Assembly: GCF_039654945.1 (NCBI RefSeq)
Contig: NW_027361889.1
Span: forward strand, 3,224,001-3,288,000
Direction of reading: 5' to 3'
DNA length: 64,000 nt
Source: Dendrobates tinctorius
Taxonomy: Eukaryota
The translations under genes were made by a program, and so were the position numbers. A model generated the notes under the pieces. It searched no databases and was not told the origin of the DNA. It worked only from the letters and a program-made list of their open reading frames with translations. This document shows positions 29,677 to 43,486 of the stretch, in pieces. Position 1 is the first letter of the stretch, and every line of letters begins with the position of its first letter.

Positions 29677-30733
29677 AGGGATATGGTACTCCAGAGCCTG
29701 GAGGAGAATCTCCTCTCCTCCACACCATGGGTACCATCTGCAGATGTTCTGCTTACTTTTTGCATGGTGGGCACAGACACATGCAGAACAATGCATTCCT
29801 ATGTGGATTTTCCCATGATTCTGCACAAAGAATGAGCATGCTGCATATTTTTCCGCAATGCAATTCCACTGCGGAAAAATGCACAGCATGGGATGCTTTA
29901 TTTGTGTTTTTGTGGCAAAATCATGCATTTAGGCTGTGTGCCCACGTTGCTTTTTTAAGCGTTTCTGCAGCGTTTGTGCCTGCTCAAACACTGCAGAAGC
30001 GCTTAGCTTAAAATTAATTTGCATGTGTTTTTGGCTTTGTGTAGGTGCATGCGTTTTTAAACGCTCAGGAATCGCTTAGCGGCTAAACGCAGCATGCTCA
30101 TTAATTTACACATTGAGCATCTTTAGCCTTCCCCAATATTCCCAGAAAACGCACGTCAAAAACACATGATTTTTGTGCAAAAAACACGCAGAAAAAAGAC
30201 ACGTGTTTTATGGGAAGGGGATCAGTTTCCTGAGCATTTAAAAACGCCAACGTGGGCACATAGCCTTAAAATCGCTGTGAAAACACAGCTTGTGTGAACA
30301 CAGCCTGAAGGATTAGACTTTAATATGATCTCACTAGAATAGTGATCCTATGTCCCTTCGTCCATACAACCAATCTGCTGTTGAGCATATGCACTGCATC
30401 ATCAACTCCAGACTCTTCTGAATGTAATTCCACACTTCTCCTGCAGGGGTCTCTTCAGGTCAGATTTGCAGCTGCCCACACTTTTCATTGTTGGAACCAG
30501 TTGTGTCCTTCAGCCTCTAAATCTACAATTACTGATACTTTAAGTTATCAGTAAATGTGTCTTTTAGATGGAAATCTGTTATAGTAGAGGACAACCACTT
30601 AATACTAGATAAAATATCACCAGCCTAAAATGCCTTCAACAGGACAAGGTTGACTGAAAATGCATAGCAATGAAAAAATGGTCACAAATTTCTTTTTTTT
30701 TTTTTTTTAATTTGCTTTAGATCACATTCCTAA

Positions 30734-30865
<132 letters not shown>

Positions 30866-31195
30866 TAATGGATAAAAATGTTACTTATAATCATTAATCG
30901 TTTGCTCTACTTTTTTACTCTACTTGTATAGCACCTGTCACCAGCACAAATGCTATATGGGGATAATCTGCAGGTTAATGGTGTTACTAACATGCTGAAT
31001 GCTGCAGGGAGAAAATAAACTTTATTCCCCCTGCAGTGTTCTGATTTCAGTCATAGGGCAGTGAGTACAGATTAGAGCTGTGGCTGTACCCCTGGCACTG
31101 ACACGCACTCTGCATTGGGGTTGGGGTCATGTGTGCAATTACATAAGAAAGGCATAAAATCAGTTTACATTTAAGACCTGAACTGTAACACATAA

Positions 31196-31414
<219 letters not shown>

Positions 31415-31487
31415 TAATGGTGTCTGTAATTATGACATTTCAGTAGTTTATTGCTACCTATTGACTTCTCAATACTTAATTTTTTAG

Positions 31488-31616
<129 letters not shown>

Positions 31617-31894
31617 TTTTGCTGGGCAATTTGTTTTTGATCTTAAATTTTCTTTTTTTTTACAAACTGTACATAAGTGTGATGTCTCTTTATTTTATAA
31701 AGGGTTTGTTAACTGTAGAGTAGTTGACAGTAAATGGGTAGTACACATTTTATATGACATTCCCTCAATCCTCAGGTTTTTCAGAAAAATTTGTATTTAC
31801 AGCTAGTCTTCTGTGACTTCCCCCTCTTCAGAGTTTGCATGCCTCAGCTCAATTCTCTCCATACTTTGGTATCTTTAAGTGTAACTCCATTGTA

Positions 31895-31900
31895 AATAAA
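31895..31900 (+). terminator. Probable H3.3 polyadenylation signal
   Basis: AATAAA ~280 nt after the stop with GT/T-rich downstream sequence; no histone stem-loop. Confidence 0.65.
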
Positions 31901-34503
31901 CTTTCCACTACCTCAATGGTCTTTGCTGTCTTTAGATTGACATGTGGGTCAGGCAAACCTCCATTATCATGTTTGTGTTTGGCCTGGTAATCAGGATCCA
32001 AGACTCTAGACTCCTTGTGTAGTGGCCATCATGGCAAGGTAGTTAAATTAGTTTACAACAGAGTACACTTTCTGTGGTCCAGGGCAGTCTTGTCTGTGTA
32101 AAGGCCACCACAGTAATACCTCTTTTAATGTGCTAATCAGTTGAATGGGTGTCCCTGGTCTACTCTGCACCTCCTGACACTAAAATTGTCTGCGCTAAGC
32201 CTTGTATCCTAACTGAATGACTTAAGAGATGGCCACGTCAATCAAGGCAGAAGGGACAGGTGCTGAGTTCAGGGCAGAATCTGTAGAAATTGGCATAAAC
32301 ATAAGTATTTTAAAAGGTGGTTAGTTATGCCAGGGAGTTGGGCAACTGTGGTCAGGTTACTGATCAAGATGCCTTAACTTATGGATTTGGCTTATAAAGA
32401 GGATCTGGGTGACTAGTTCCTCTTAAGGCTAGGTAATATCAGTGGTGCTTTCTCCTAATCAAGTTGTAATTGGCTCGGATGACTAATCTGATTTCTGTTG
32501 GAGGCGCTTTGTGTTTTCTATCAGAGGTTGGCCTTGCCTGGGATCAGGGATGGTAATACCATTTGGTGATGTAGAGGATTTGTGACAAATGGTCACTTTT
32601 AGGACAGTATCACATTGCAGTCTGGCCAGAGGCTCTCCTGACAGATGCATGCTGTAGGTATTGCTTCCAGTCCATGCAATGTGACTGGCATACAGCCATC
32701 TGCCTGCACCCTCAATGTGTGCAGACCTTTTATTTTTCTTGTAGCAGTTTAGGAGCATTGAGGGTAATACAGGGTCATTAGTGTTTACCCTTTGACTTCT
32801 TTATAGGCAAGTCAATGTAATGGTACAAAATTTCTAATAAATGCAAGTGGTAACACCTTAAGATCTAAGCTGTCTTCACTACTATAAAGAAACTTTTTGG
32901 CTGAAAATAAACCTTATCTAAAACCTGCCTAAGGGGAAAAGTGCAGCAGACATTTCTGCATCTTTCAAACAGGAAAAGTGCAGTGTAAAACCAGGATGGC
33001 ATTTTGTGCACATTTCTCCACTCATCAGTATGTGTGAAATCTGCAGCAAGACCAGTGAAAGAATTGACATGCTGCAGACTTGGATCTGCAGGGGGGAAAA
33101 AACAAGCAATGTGTGCATGAGACCTCAGGAATCTTTCACTTTGCTGGGACTAGGAAATCCTGGTTGTGACAACTGCAGAGGTGAACGGACCATGTAGCTT
33201 CACAACACTTTATGCCATGTCTATATACATGCTTGCCTAAACGGGTGATTGGTGCTTTGCCTCAAAACTTGTCTAGATCACAACACTGTAAAAAATCTGA
33301 GTATTCTTTGATAAGAACTCCAAACTAGTTGACAGCCAATGTACAGTGCAAATTTCTGACAAGTCTAACTAGGTGTGATCAGGTCTTGATCTGACTTTCT
33401 GCAGGAATAGTTCTTATACCCGTCCCCCCCACTTAAACTGTTCATACAGCCAAATCTGTTCTGTGCTACAGTGGGGGGCAGCACACTGACACGTGTCTGC
33501 AAATACAGAAAGCCAAACCATATCCCCAGGATGTTGAACTCAAACCATAAAGGACAAATTAAACAAGTTGTGGCTCATCCATGATCATTACTACAATTGG
33601 GTAAGCTTTACCCTATCAAAGCAAACCTATTCATATGGAAACAAAGGGGTTGTCACATAGTACATGCCCTTACAAAGTAACTTTCCTACTATTGAAGCCC
33701 TAGATGGCACTATCATTGCCCCAATAAAGGTGCCCCTATAGTGACTTCCTCAACATGAAGTTCAAACTTGCTGTACCCCCTCAACTTCACTGTCAAAGTA
33801 TGGTGGTGCCCCAACTATGGACCCCACCATGGTTCTCTGGACAGAGGAATAGGCTCCACCAGAAAAATGCCTCGTTTCACCATCTGCTCTGTGCAGTGAG
33901 TGCCCTAAAGCGCTTCACTGTCTGGGGTAGTTGGTGCAAAATGCTGATGCCACACCTGTTCCATCCAGAATGCAGATACAGGGCAGGGTCTTCTGGTTCT
34001 CTGCCACTCCCCACCCCCCAACCAGTCTTTTATGCTTCTTGCACAGGTCACTGAATTATCCAGTGATATGCCTCTCTAAAATTCTGCATCATAATTGAGG
34101 GTTTCCTGTGTGCAGGACTTCAATAAGATGGTGCTGGAAGAGGCACATGCTCAGATCAAGGGGTTCTTTTTGGCTCAGTCACTGAACTGGAATCTCAACC
34201 TGTGCATGTACCATCTCTGGTGCCAATTTTAAGTTCTGGACCCACACTTGAACTGTGTGTGCCACCCACCAAACAATGATTGTGGCGCAGAATTTTAATA
34301 ACTTCAGAACACTTCAATGTATCCCAGTGCCTCTAAGGGTTTTTGGCATGTTGTACTTTGTTAGTGGTAAATAGTTTCTGTCAGAATATTGGCATTTTGG
34401 GAAAATGACAATTTTTCCATTTTTATATCCTTAAAACAGTTGATCATGCTGTACAAAACATTTTCCATGAGTCTACTTTAGATCTGCACCACTTTTGAAA
34501 TGT

Positions 34504-34540
<37 letters not shown>

Positions 34541-34702
34541 TACAAGGAGTTTAACAGCAACCTTTATTTCTTCTTTGAAGAAATCTGCAAAACTTTCTTT
34601 AGGGACCTATTCAGATTTAAACTGACTTTGAGGGGCCTATATATTGGAAACTCCCCATAAGTTATAGTCAGAAACTTCTGTTTGTACGAACAGCAGGGGA
34701 AG

Positions 34703-36148
34703 TCCATCTAGTTCAACCCATATCCTAACTTGCCCTAACATGTTGATCCAGAGGAAGGCAAAAAAAAAAACCCATGTGGCAAACAGTAAGCTTCACATTG
34801 GGGAAAATCCTTCCTGACTCCACATATGGCAATCAGACTAGCTCCCTGTCCCTGTTCAACGCAATATTAAGGAAATTAGTGTATATACCCTGTAATATTA
34901 TACTTTTCAAGAAAGGCATCCAGTCCCTTAAATTTTAGTAGGGAATCATGCATTACAACATCATATGGCAGAGAGTTCCATAGTCTCACTGCTCTTACAG
35001 TAAAGAATCTGTATCTGTGAGTATGTTTAACCCTCTTTCCTCCAGACGTAGAGGATGCCCCCTTGTCCCCGTCACAGGTCTAAGAGTAAAAAGATCATTA
35101 GAAAGGTCTTTGTACTGTCCCCGCATATACATTGTAATAAGATGAACCCTAAAGGTACTGTCACACTTGGCGATGTGCCAGCGATATGACGCGGTCAGGA
35201 TTGCTGGTACATCGCTAAGTGGTCGCTAGTGAGCTGCCACACAGGCAGATCTCACCAGCGACATCGCTGGGGACTGGGATCGCTACTTACCTGTCACACC
35301 AGGCAATCCTGCGTCCTCCTGCCCGGCTCCACGCGTCGCTTGTCCTCACAGCAGGAAGCACCGCAGGAAGCTGACGACGAGAAACTGTCCTGAACGTTCT
35401 CGCGCGATAACCAGCGGGGGAGCCGGTCGTAGGTAAGTATCACACAGAGATATCTCTATAACGTCAGTAGTTATAGCGATATTGCTAGCGATATCTTAGT
35501 GTGACATACCCTTAAGCCTTCGATTTTCCAAACACCCCAAGTGTAATAACCTGTCTTGGTATTGCAGACCCCCTAGTTCCCTAATAACCTTGGTCGCACT
35601 TCTCTGCACCCGCTCCAGTTCAGGTATGTCTTTCTTATACACCGGAGACCAGAACTGTACACAATATTCTAAGTGTGGTCACACTAGTGACTTATATAGA
35701 GGTAAAATTATGTTCTCATGAGAATCTATGCCTCTTTTAATGCATCCCATTTTATTTGCCTTTGCAGCAGCTGCCTGACACTGGCCACTAAATGTGAGTT
35801 TGTCGTCCACCCAGGTCTTTTTCAGTGGCAGTTTTGCCCAGTGTTTTACAATTATCTTGTTTGTTCTACCCAAGTGCATGACCTTACATTTATCCCCATT
35901 AAAGCTCATTTGCCATTTATCAGCCCAAGCGTCTAATTTACATAAATCCTCCTGTAATATAAAACTGTCCTCTGTGCTGATTACCCTGCAGAGTTTAGTG
36001 TCATCTGCAACTATTGAAATTCTACTCTCTGTGCCCCCTACAAGGTCATTAATAAATATGTTAAAAAGCAGGCCCACTATTGACCCCTGTGGTACCCTAC
36101 TGCTAACTGTGACCCAGTCCGAATGTGCTCCATTAATAACCACCCTTT
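34703..36148 (-). mobile_element. CR1 LINE, 5'-truncated and decayed
   Basis: VPQGS, ADDTKL, WQMSFN..KCKVMHLG; 3' end closely similar to 15612-16410. Confidence 0.88.
35153..35512. mobile_element. Harbinger-like MITE inside CR1
   Basis: TAA duplication; the empty site is visible in the other CR1 copy (~16110). Relatives at ~25451-25700 and 38106-38454. Confidence 0.8.
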
Positions 36149-36178
36149 GAAGGAGCAATATTTGAAGTTGCCTGAAAT

Positions 36179-37445
36179 ACACTGCTAAAAAAAAAACTTA
36201 ACAATATAACGCCCAAGTAAATCAAACTGTCCACTTAGGAAGCAACACTGACAATCAATTTAACATGCTGTTGTGCAAATGGAATAGACAACAGATGGAA
36301 ATTATTGGCAATTATCAAGACACTCAAAGTGGTTCTGCAGGTGGGGACCACATCTCCATACCTATGCTTTCTGTTTTGGTCACTTTTGAATGTTGGTTGT
36401 GCTTTCACACTTGTGGTAGCATGAGACGGCCTCTACAACCCACACAAGTGGCTCAGGTAGTGCAGCTCATCCAGGATGGCACATCAATGCGAGCTGTGGC
36501 AAGAAGGTTTGCTGTGTCTGTCAGTGTAGTGTCCAGAGGCGCTACCAGGAGACGTGGAGGGGGCCGTAGGAGGGCAACAACCCAGCAGCAGGACCGCTAC
36601 CTCTGCCTTTGTGCAAGGAGGAGCACTGCCAGAGCCCTGCAAAATGACCGCCAGCAGGCCACAAATGTGCATGTGTCTGCACAAACTGTTAGAAACCGAC
36701 TCCATGAGGATGGTCTGCGTGCCCGACGTCCACAGATGGGGGTTGTGCTCACTACCCAACACCACTGGACGCTTGGCATTTGCCACAGGCGCCCTGTGGT
36801 CTTCACAGATGAAAGCAGGTTCACACTGAGCACGTGACAAAGTCTGGTGATGCCAGGGAGAGCGATCTGCCTGCAACATCATTCAGCCTTATCGGTTTGG
36901 CAGTGGGTGGCATTTCTTTGGAGGGCCGCACGGCTCTCCATGTGCTCGCCAGCTGTACCCTGACTGCCATTAGGTACCGAGATGAGATCCTCACACCCCT
37001 TGTGAGACCATATGCTGGTGCATTGGCCCTGGGTTCCTCCTAATGCAGGACAATGCCAGACCTCATGTGGCTGGAGTGTGTCAGCAGTTCCTGCAAGAGA
37101 AGCTATGGAGTGGCCCGCCCATTCCCCAGACCCAAATCCGATAGAGCACATCTGGGACATCATGTCTCGCCCCATCCACCAACGTCATGTTGCACCACAG
37201 ACTGTCCAGGAGTTGGTGGATGCTTTAGTCTAGGTCTGGGAGGATATCCCTCAGGAGACCATCCGCCGTCTCATCAAGAGCATGCCCAGGCGTTGTAGAG
37301 AGGTCATACAGGCACGTGGAGGTCACACACAATACTGAGCATCATTTTGACTTGTTTTAAGGATCTCACATTCCACTTTAATTTTGTGTGTGACTCCAAA
37401 TCCAGGCCTCCATTGGTTAATAAATTTGATTTCCATTGACGTTTT
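36179..37445 (+). mobile_element. Decayed Tc1 transposon (second family), right end missing
   Basis: [51 protein letters not shown] across broken frames. Confidence 0.85.
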
Positions 37446-38105
37446 TCATCGAACACAGCCGAATGTCATTAGAGTCAATGGGAGTAGAAATTACCAAATA
37501 TGTTCAGAACCGATCATCAAACATACATTCGGCACGAATAGGGAACCAATATCAAATTCAGACTTGGCGACCGAATGCAAACAAATTCGCTCAACTCATT
37601 ACTTGTTCCATAAAAATAACTGCTGGGCCCACTAAACAGAAAGCAAACTATTTGAAGAAAAAAAAAAAAAAGACCCTATCACAGAATTTGGTGTAATTCA
37701 TGGCAATTTAGTAATTGTAAGATGCGATCTCAAAACAAAGGCCTGATTATGATGGGCACATGCAGCAATGATATCAGGAATCACAACTACAGTGCTTCCT
37801 ACAAACCTGGCATCTTTTCTTGAGATACTTTTGGGTGGGAGTGGAAGGGAGCAAGTAAAATGGCACTTTGCATGTCTCTGAAGCTCCTCTGACTCGAAGG
37901 CCTCCACTCTTGTGCCATCGAATTTTCTTCTGGAACTGGAGGAAAGTGAGCCGAAGAAGCCAGTGGCAAAACGCGCATCGGGGTGTGGGGATGCCACTCT
38001 ACCATACACTTGAATGATTTTATTGACTTAAGGATTATATAAGCCGTCTCCCCTCACTTCTGGGCATCAGCCATTTGGCCGTGGAGACACTTACATCCAA
38101 ATTAA

Positions 38106-38454
38106 AGGCCCCGTCACACTAAGCGAGATCGGTGTAACGTCTCTGGTTTTGAGACGCAGCAGTGATATTGCTAACGATATCGCTATGTGTGATACCTCCG
38201 ACCGGCTCCCCCGCTGATTATAGCTGATCGCGCGAGAACGGCCTGGGTCGTTTCTCGTCGTCAGCTTCCTGTGGCGCCGACGAGCGAACGCAGGCGGGAG
38301 GACGTCTGGATCGCCTCATCTGACAGGTAAGTAGCGACCCCCAACCCCTGCAATGTCGCTGGTGAGAGCTGCCTGTGTGGCAACCACTTAGCGATGCACC
38401 AGCGATCCATATCGTTGTCGGGATCGCTGGTGCATCGCTAATGTGACAGTACCT
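38106..38454. mobile_element. Harbinger-like MITE
   Basis: TIR AGGCCCCGTCACAC/TGTGACAGTACCT; homologous to 35153-35512 in the opposite orientation. Confidence 0.7.
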
Positions 38455-40837
38455 TTATACTTCGGCAGCAATACACTTAGCTATTAGGAGTCTTACATAT
38501 ACTATACTTATACTGGACAATGGGACTATTCGCATTATACCATCCTAGGTCCACATCGTATCCTATCGTTTGTCTCCCTATTTAAATTATGCCATCTGAT
38601 TTCTCCCGCCGATATTGTACATCTTTTATGATGCATTTGCGGTCCTGACCCCTCCGGCTAAACATCACCTACTGGCTTTAACACCTTCACCCCCAAGGGT
38701 GGTTTGCACGTTCATGACCGGGCCAATTTTTACAATTCTGACCACTGTACCTTTATGAGGTCATAACTCTGGAACGCTTCCATGGATCCCGGTGATTCTG
38801 ACAGACATTGTTTTCTCGTGACATATTGTACTTCATGTTAGTGGTAAAATTTCTTTCAAATAACTTGCGTTTATTTGTGAGAAAAACGGAAATTTGGCGA
38901 AAATTTTGAAAATTTCGCAATTTTCCAACTTTGAATTTTTATGCCCTTAAATCACAGAGATATGGCACACAAAAAACTTGATAACTAACATTTCCCACAT
39001 GTTTACTTTACATCAGCACAATTTTGGAACCAAAATTTTTTTTTGTTAGGAAGTTATAAGGGTTAAAAGTTGACCAGCAATTTCTCATTTTTACAACACC
39101 ATTTTATTTTTAGGACCACATCACATTTGAAGCCAATTTGAGGGGTCTATATGATAGAAAATACCCAAAAGTGACACCATTCTAAAAACTGCACCCCTTA
39201 AAGTGCTCAAAACCACATTCAAGAAGCTTATTAACCCTTTAGGTGCGTCACAAATTTTTTTGAATATTTAAAAAAAAAATGAACATCTAACTTTTTTTCA
39301 TAAAAAAAATACTTCAGGTTCAATTTTTTTTATTTTACCAAGGGTAACAGGAGAAATTGGACTGCAAAAGTTATTGTGCAATTTGTCCTGAGTACGCAGA
39401 TACCTGATATGTGGGGGGGAACCACTGTTTCGGTGCATGGCAGAGCTCAGAATGGAAGGAGCGCCGTTTGACTTTTTCAATGCAAAATTGGCTGGAATTC
39501 AGATTGGACGCCATGTCACGTTTGGAGAGTCCCTGATGTACCTAAACAGTGGAAACCCCCTACAAGTGACCCCATTTTGGAAACTAGACCCCCCAAGGAA
39601 CTTATCTAGATATGTTGTGAGAACTTTGAACCCACAAGGGCTTTACAGAAGTTTATAACGTACAGCGGTACAATTAAAAAATCATATTTTTTCCACAAAA
39701 ATGATCTTTTCACCCTCAATTCTTATTTTTCCAAGGGTAACAGGACCGTAAAAGTTATTGTGCAATTTGTCCTGAGTATGCTGATACCCCACATGTGGGG
39801 GTAAACCACTGTTTGGGCGCATGGCAGAGCTTGGAAGGGAAGCAGCGCCATTTGATGTTTTTGGCTGGAATTGAGATCGGACACCATGTCGCGTTTGGAA
39901 AACCCCTGATGTACCAAAACAGTGGAAACCCCCCCACATATGACACCATTTTGGAAACTAGACCCTCTAAGGAACTTATCTAGATGTGTGGTGAGAACTT
40001 TGAACCCCCATGGGCTTCACAGAAGTTTATAACATAAAGCCATACAATTAAAAAATCATATTTTTTCCACAAAATTGATCTTTTCACCCTCAATTCTTAT
40101 TTTTCCAAGGGTAACAGGACCGTAAAAGTTATTGTGCAATTTGTCCTGAGTACGCTGATACCCCACATGTGGGGGTAAACCACTGTTTGGGCGCATGGCA
40201 GAGCTCGGAAGGGAAGCAGCGCCATTTGACGTTTTTGGCTGGAATTGAGATCGGACACCATGTCGCGTTTGGAAAACTCCTGATGTACCAAAACAGTGGA
40301 AACCCCCCACAAATGACACCATTTTGGAAACTAGACCCCCTAAGGAACTTATCTAGATGTGTGGTGAGCACTTTGACCCCCTCAGTGCTTCACAGAAGTT
40401 TATAATGCCCGGGCGTGAAAATAAAAAATTCGTATTTTTTCCACAAACATGATCTTTTAGTCACCATTTTTTTATTTTCCCAAGGGTACCAAGAGAAATT
40501 GGACCCCAAAAGTTGTTGTCCAATTTGTCCTGAGTATGCCGATACCCCATATGTGGGAGAAAAGTCTTAGTTACTCACCGGTTAACGGTATTTTTCGGAG
40601 TCCATGACAGCACCACCTGAGAGAGGGGATCCGCCCTTCAGGAACAGGAAACCTACAGATACAAAAGGGCGGCACCTCTCCCACGCATCAGTTGGATTAC
40701 AGAGCACAAGAGGACCACAATGGTTAATAGCAAAATTTATATACAGTGTTTTTTATACAACTATTCCTTACTAGTGTACATATAAGAGAAAGAAGTGCAT
40801 AATCAAATTTAACTACAAAAGGGGGGGGAATATACGG

Positions 40838-40923
40838 GTGCTGTCATGGACTCCGAAAAATACCGTTAACCGGTGAGTAACTAAGACTTTATTCGGTCGT
40901 CCATGACAGCACCACCTGAGAGA
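40838..40923 (-). other. DIRS internal complementary region (ICR)
   Basis: Juxtaposed reverse complements of both element termini joined at a shared TTT. Confidence 0.92.
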
Positions 40924-40945
40924 TTTACAGAGAGTAATAACTATT

Positions 40946-43486
40946 TTAGGGAGGGACTACAGCCTGCAGTACCCTTATACCAAAAGAGAGGTCTGTGGAA
41001 GCACCCAAGTCTAGCCTATAATGATTATAAAAGGTGCTCGGAGAGGACCAAGTAGCCGCCTTACATATCTGGTCAATGGAGACTTCTGATCTCTCGGCCC
41101 ACGAGGACGCCATGGCTCTGGTGGAATGCGCCCTCAGTTTTGCAGGTGCCGGTCTGCCCTTTGAGGTGTATGCAATTGAAAGAGCCTCTCTAATCCACCT
41201 AGCTAGTGTATTTTTTGACACTCTACAGCCTTTCCTGGGACCTTGATGGGAGATAAATAGGGCATTCTCCTTTTTCCAGGGGTCAGTAACCGCCAGATAT
41301 TCTTTAAGGCATTCTCTAACATCTAAGGTGTGTAATTTCTCTTCCTTCTCATTAGCTGGATTAGGGAGGAAGGATGGAAGGACTATTTCCTGTGTTCTAT
41401 GAAAGCTAGAAACTACCTTTGGTAAGTACGCCGGGTCAGGTCTGAGTATTACCCTATCGTCCTTAAACTGTAAATAAGGAGGACGCCTAGATCAGGGGTC
41501 CCCAACCGCCGGTCCGCGGCCCAGCACCGGGCCGCTGCAGTGCCCTTGCCGGTCCGCGGACACAAGGGGAGCCAGGGGCGGTCAGTGGCTTAGCGGGGGC
41601 TGGGGCGGCGCACAGCAATTCTTAGCGGCAGCCAGGCAGCGATCCAAGCAGCTCCGCTGCCTGCAAGAGGGAATAGCAGGAGCGGAGCTGCAAGGACCCG
41701 TCCAGCTTCCTGCCCGCCGCCCGCGCTTCCTGTCTCTGACACAGAGAGGAGAGCGCCGCTGCTGTGTGAGAGCAAGGACGCGCGGGCGATGCTGCGACAG
41801 GTGAGAGGTGGTGTGTGTATATATTATGTGTAATGTGTGTGTATGTATGTATGTCTGTCTGTGTGTGTACATGTGTGTGTGTATGTATAATGTGTGTGTG
41901 TGTATGTATAATGTGTGTCTGTGTGTGTGTGTACATGTATGTGTGTGTTTGTGTAGCCTGGCCCTGGAGGAGATGGGGACATGAGAAGGCCATGAGGGGA
42001 GTGATGGAGAGACGGCAGTGATGGGGTGAAGGCAATGATGGGGAGAAGGGAGTGATGGGGTGAAGGCAATGATGGGGAGAAGGCAGTGATGGGGTGAAGG
42101 CAATGATGGGGAGAAGGGAGTGATGGGGTGAAGGCAATGATGGGGAGAAGGGAGTGATGGGGTGAAGGCAATGATGGGGAGAAGGGAGTGATGGGGTGAA
42201 GGCAATGATGGGGAGAAGGGAGTGATGGGGTGAAGGCAATGATGGGGAGAAGGGAGTGATGGGGAGAAGGCAATGATGGGGAGAAGGGAGTGATGGGGAG
42301 AAGGGAGTGATGGGGTGAAGGCAATGATGGAGAGATGGCAGTGATGGGGTGAAGGCAACGATGGGGAGACAGCAGTGATGGGGTGAAGGCAATGATGGGG
42401 AGAAGGGAGTGATGGGGTGAAGGCAATGATGGGGAGAGGGGAGTGATGGGGTGAAGGCAGTGATGGGGTGAAGGCAATGATGGGGAGAAGGGAGTGATGG
42501 GGAGAAGGCAATGATGGGGAGAAGGGGGTGATGGAGCACTTATTCAAAACCTATGGTGAGTTGAGTCACATTATAAATGTTATTTAATTATAAGTATGCA
42601 CTGCTACACTACAACCGCGTCCATAGCCCCGCCCCTGCCACACCTCCATCCCCGCCCTGCCGGGCCACGGAAGAATGGTCTTGCTTGAAACCGGTCCCTG
42701 GTGCAAAAAAGGTTGGGGACCACTGGCCTAGATAATGCCTGGATGTCGCTTACTCTTCTAGCTGAAGTTAGAGCTACCAGGAAGGCTACCTTGAGGGACA
42801 GGTTTTTTATAGAGGCTGATGAGATGGGTTCGAATGGAGCTTCTGTCATGGCTGTGAGGACTAGGTTCAAGTCCCATGGCATGAATCTATCCTTCACCAC
42901 TGGCCTGGATCTACCTGCTGCCTTGATGAATCTACTGACCCAGTAATTACCCGCGATGTTGCAGTTAAAGAGGGCCCCCAAGGCTGAAGCTTGTACTTTG
43001 AGGGTACTAGTGGAGAGCCCCATTTCTAGACCTTTCTGAAGAAATTCTAAGATCTGATTTATAGGAGCCGAACCCCCAGCGACTACTCTAGAGTTCTTTA
43101 GGAATCTTTTCCAAATTCTGACATAGATCTTGGTAGTAGTGATCTTTCTACTTTTAAGTAGAGTGTCAACCAGGTCTGGGGAGAAACCTTTATCTTTCAG
43201 TAGTGTCCGTTCAAACTCCACGCCGTCAGATGTAGGCCAGCCACCTGAGGATGAAAGACTGGGCCCTGGGATAGGAGATCCGGGATCTCCGGCAGGACCC
43301 AAGGATCGGACACTGACATGGTCCTGAGGCATGAGAACCAAGCCCTCCTGGGCCAAAACGGAGCGATCACTGTAACTTTCGCTCTGTCTCTCCTGATTTT
43401 CCTCACCACTAGAGGTAATAGCGATAGGGGAGGGAAGGCATAGGATAGCCCGAAATCCCACTTTATCAGCAAGGAGTCTACCGCCA
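40946..43486 (-). pseudogene. DIRS tyrosine recombinase ORF interrupted by hAT MITE
   Basis: TSARRVSD, AHSTRA, AATW, HY catalytic motifs; removing 41493-42733 rejoins the frame (IQALSRRPPYLQF). Confidence 0.9.
41493..42725. mobile_element. hAT (Charlie-like) non-autonomous element with internal (TG)n and purine-rich minisatellite
   Basis: TIR CAGGGGTCCCCAACC/GGTTGGGGACCACTG; perfect 8-bp TSD GCCTAGAT. Confidence 0.92.

Noticed and set aside
37951-37980. Functional hammerhead ribozyme
   Set aside because: Both core boxes mismatched (CCGAAGA, AAAA) and no stem I.
41582-42547. His/Pro/Ser-rich ORFs
   Set aside because: Micro- and minisatellite inside the hAT MITE.
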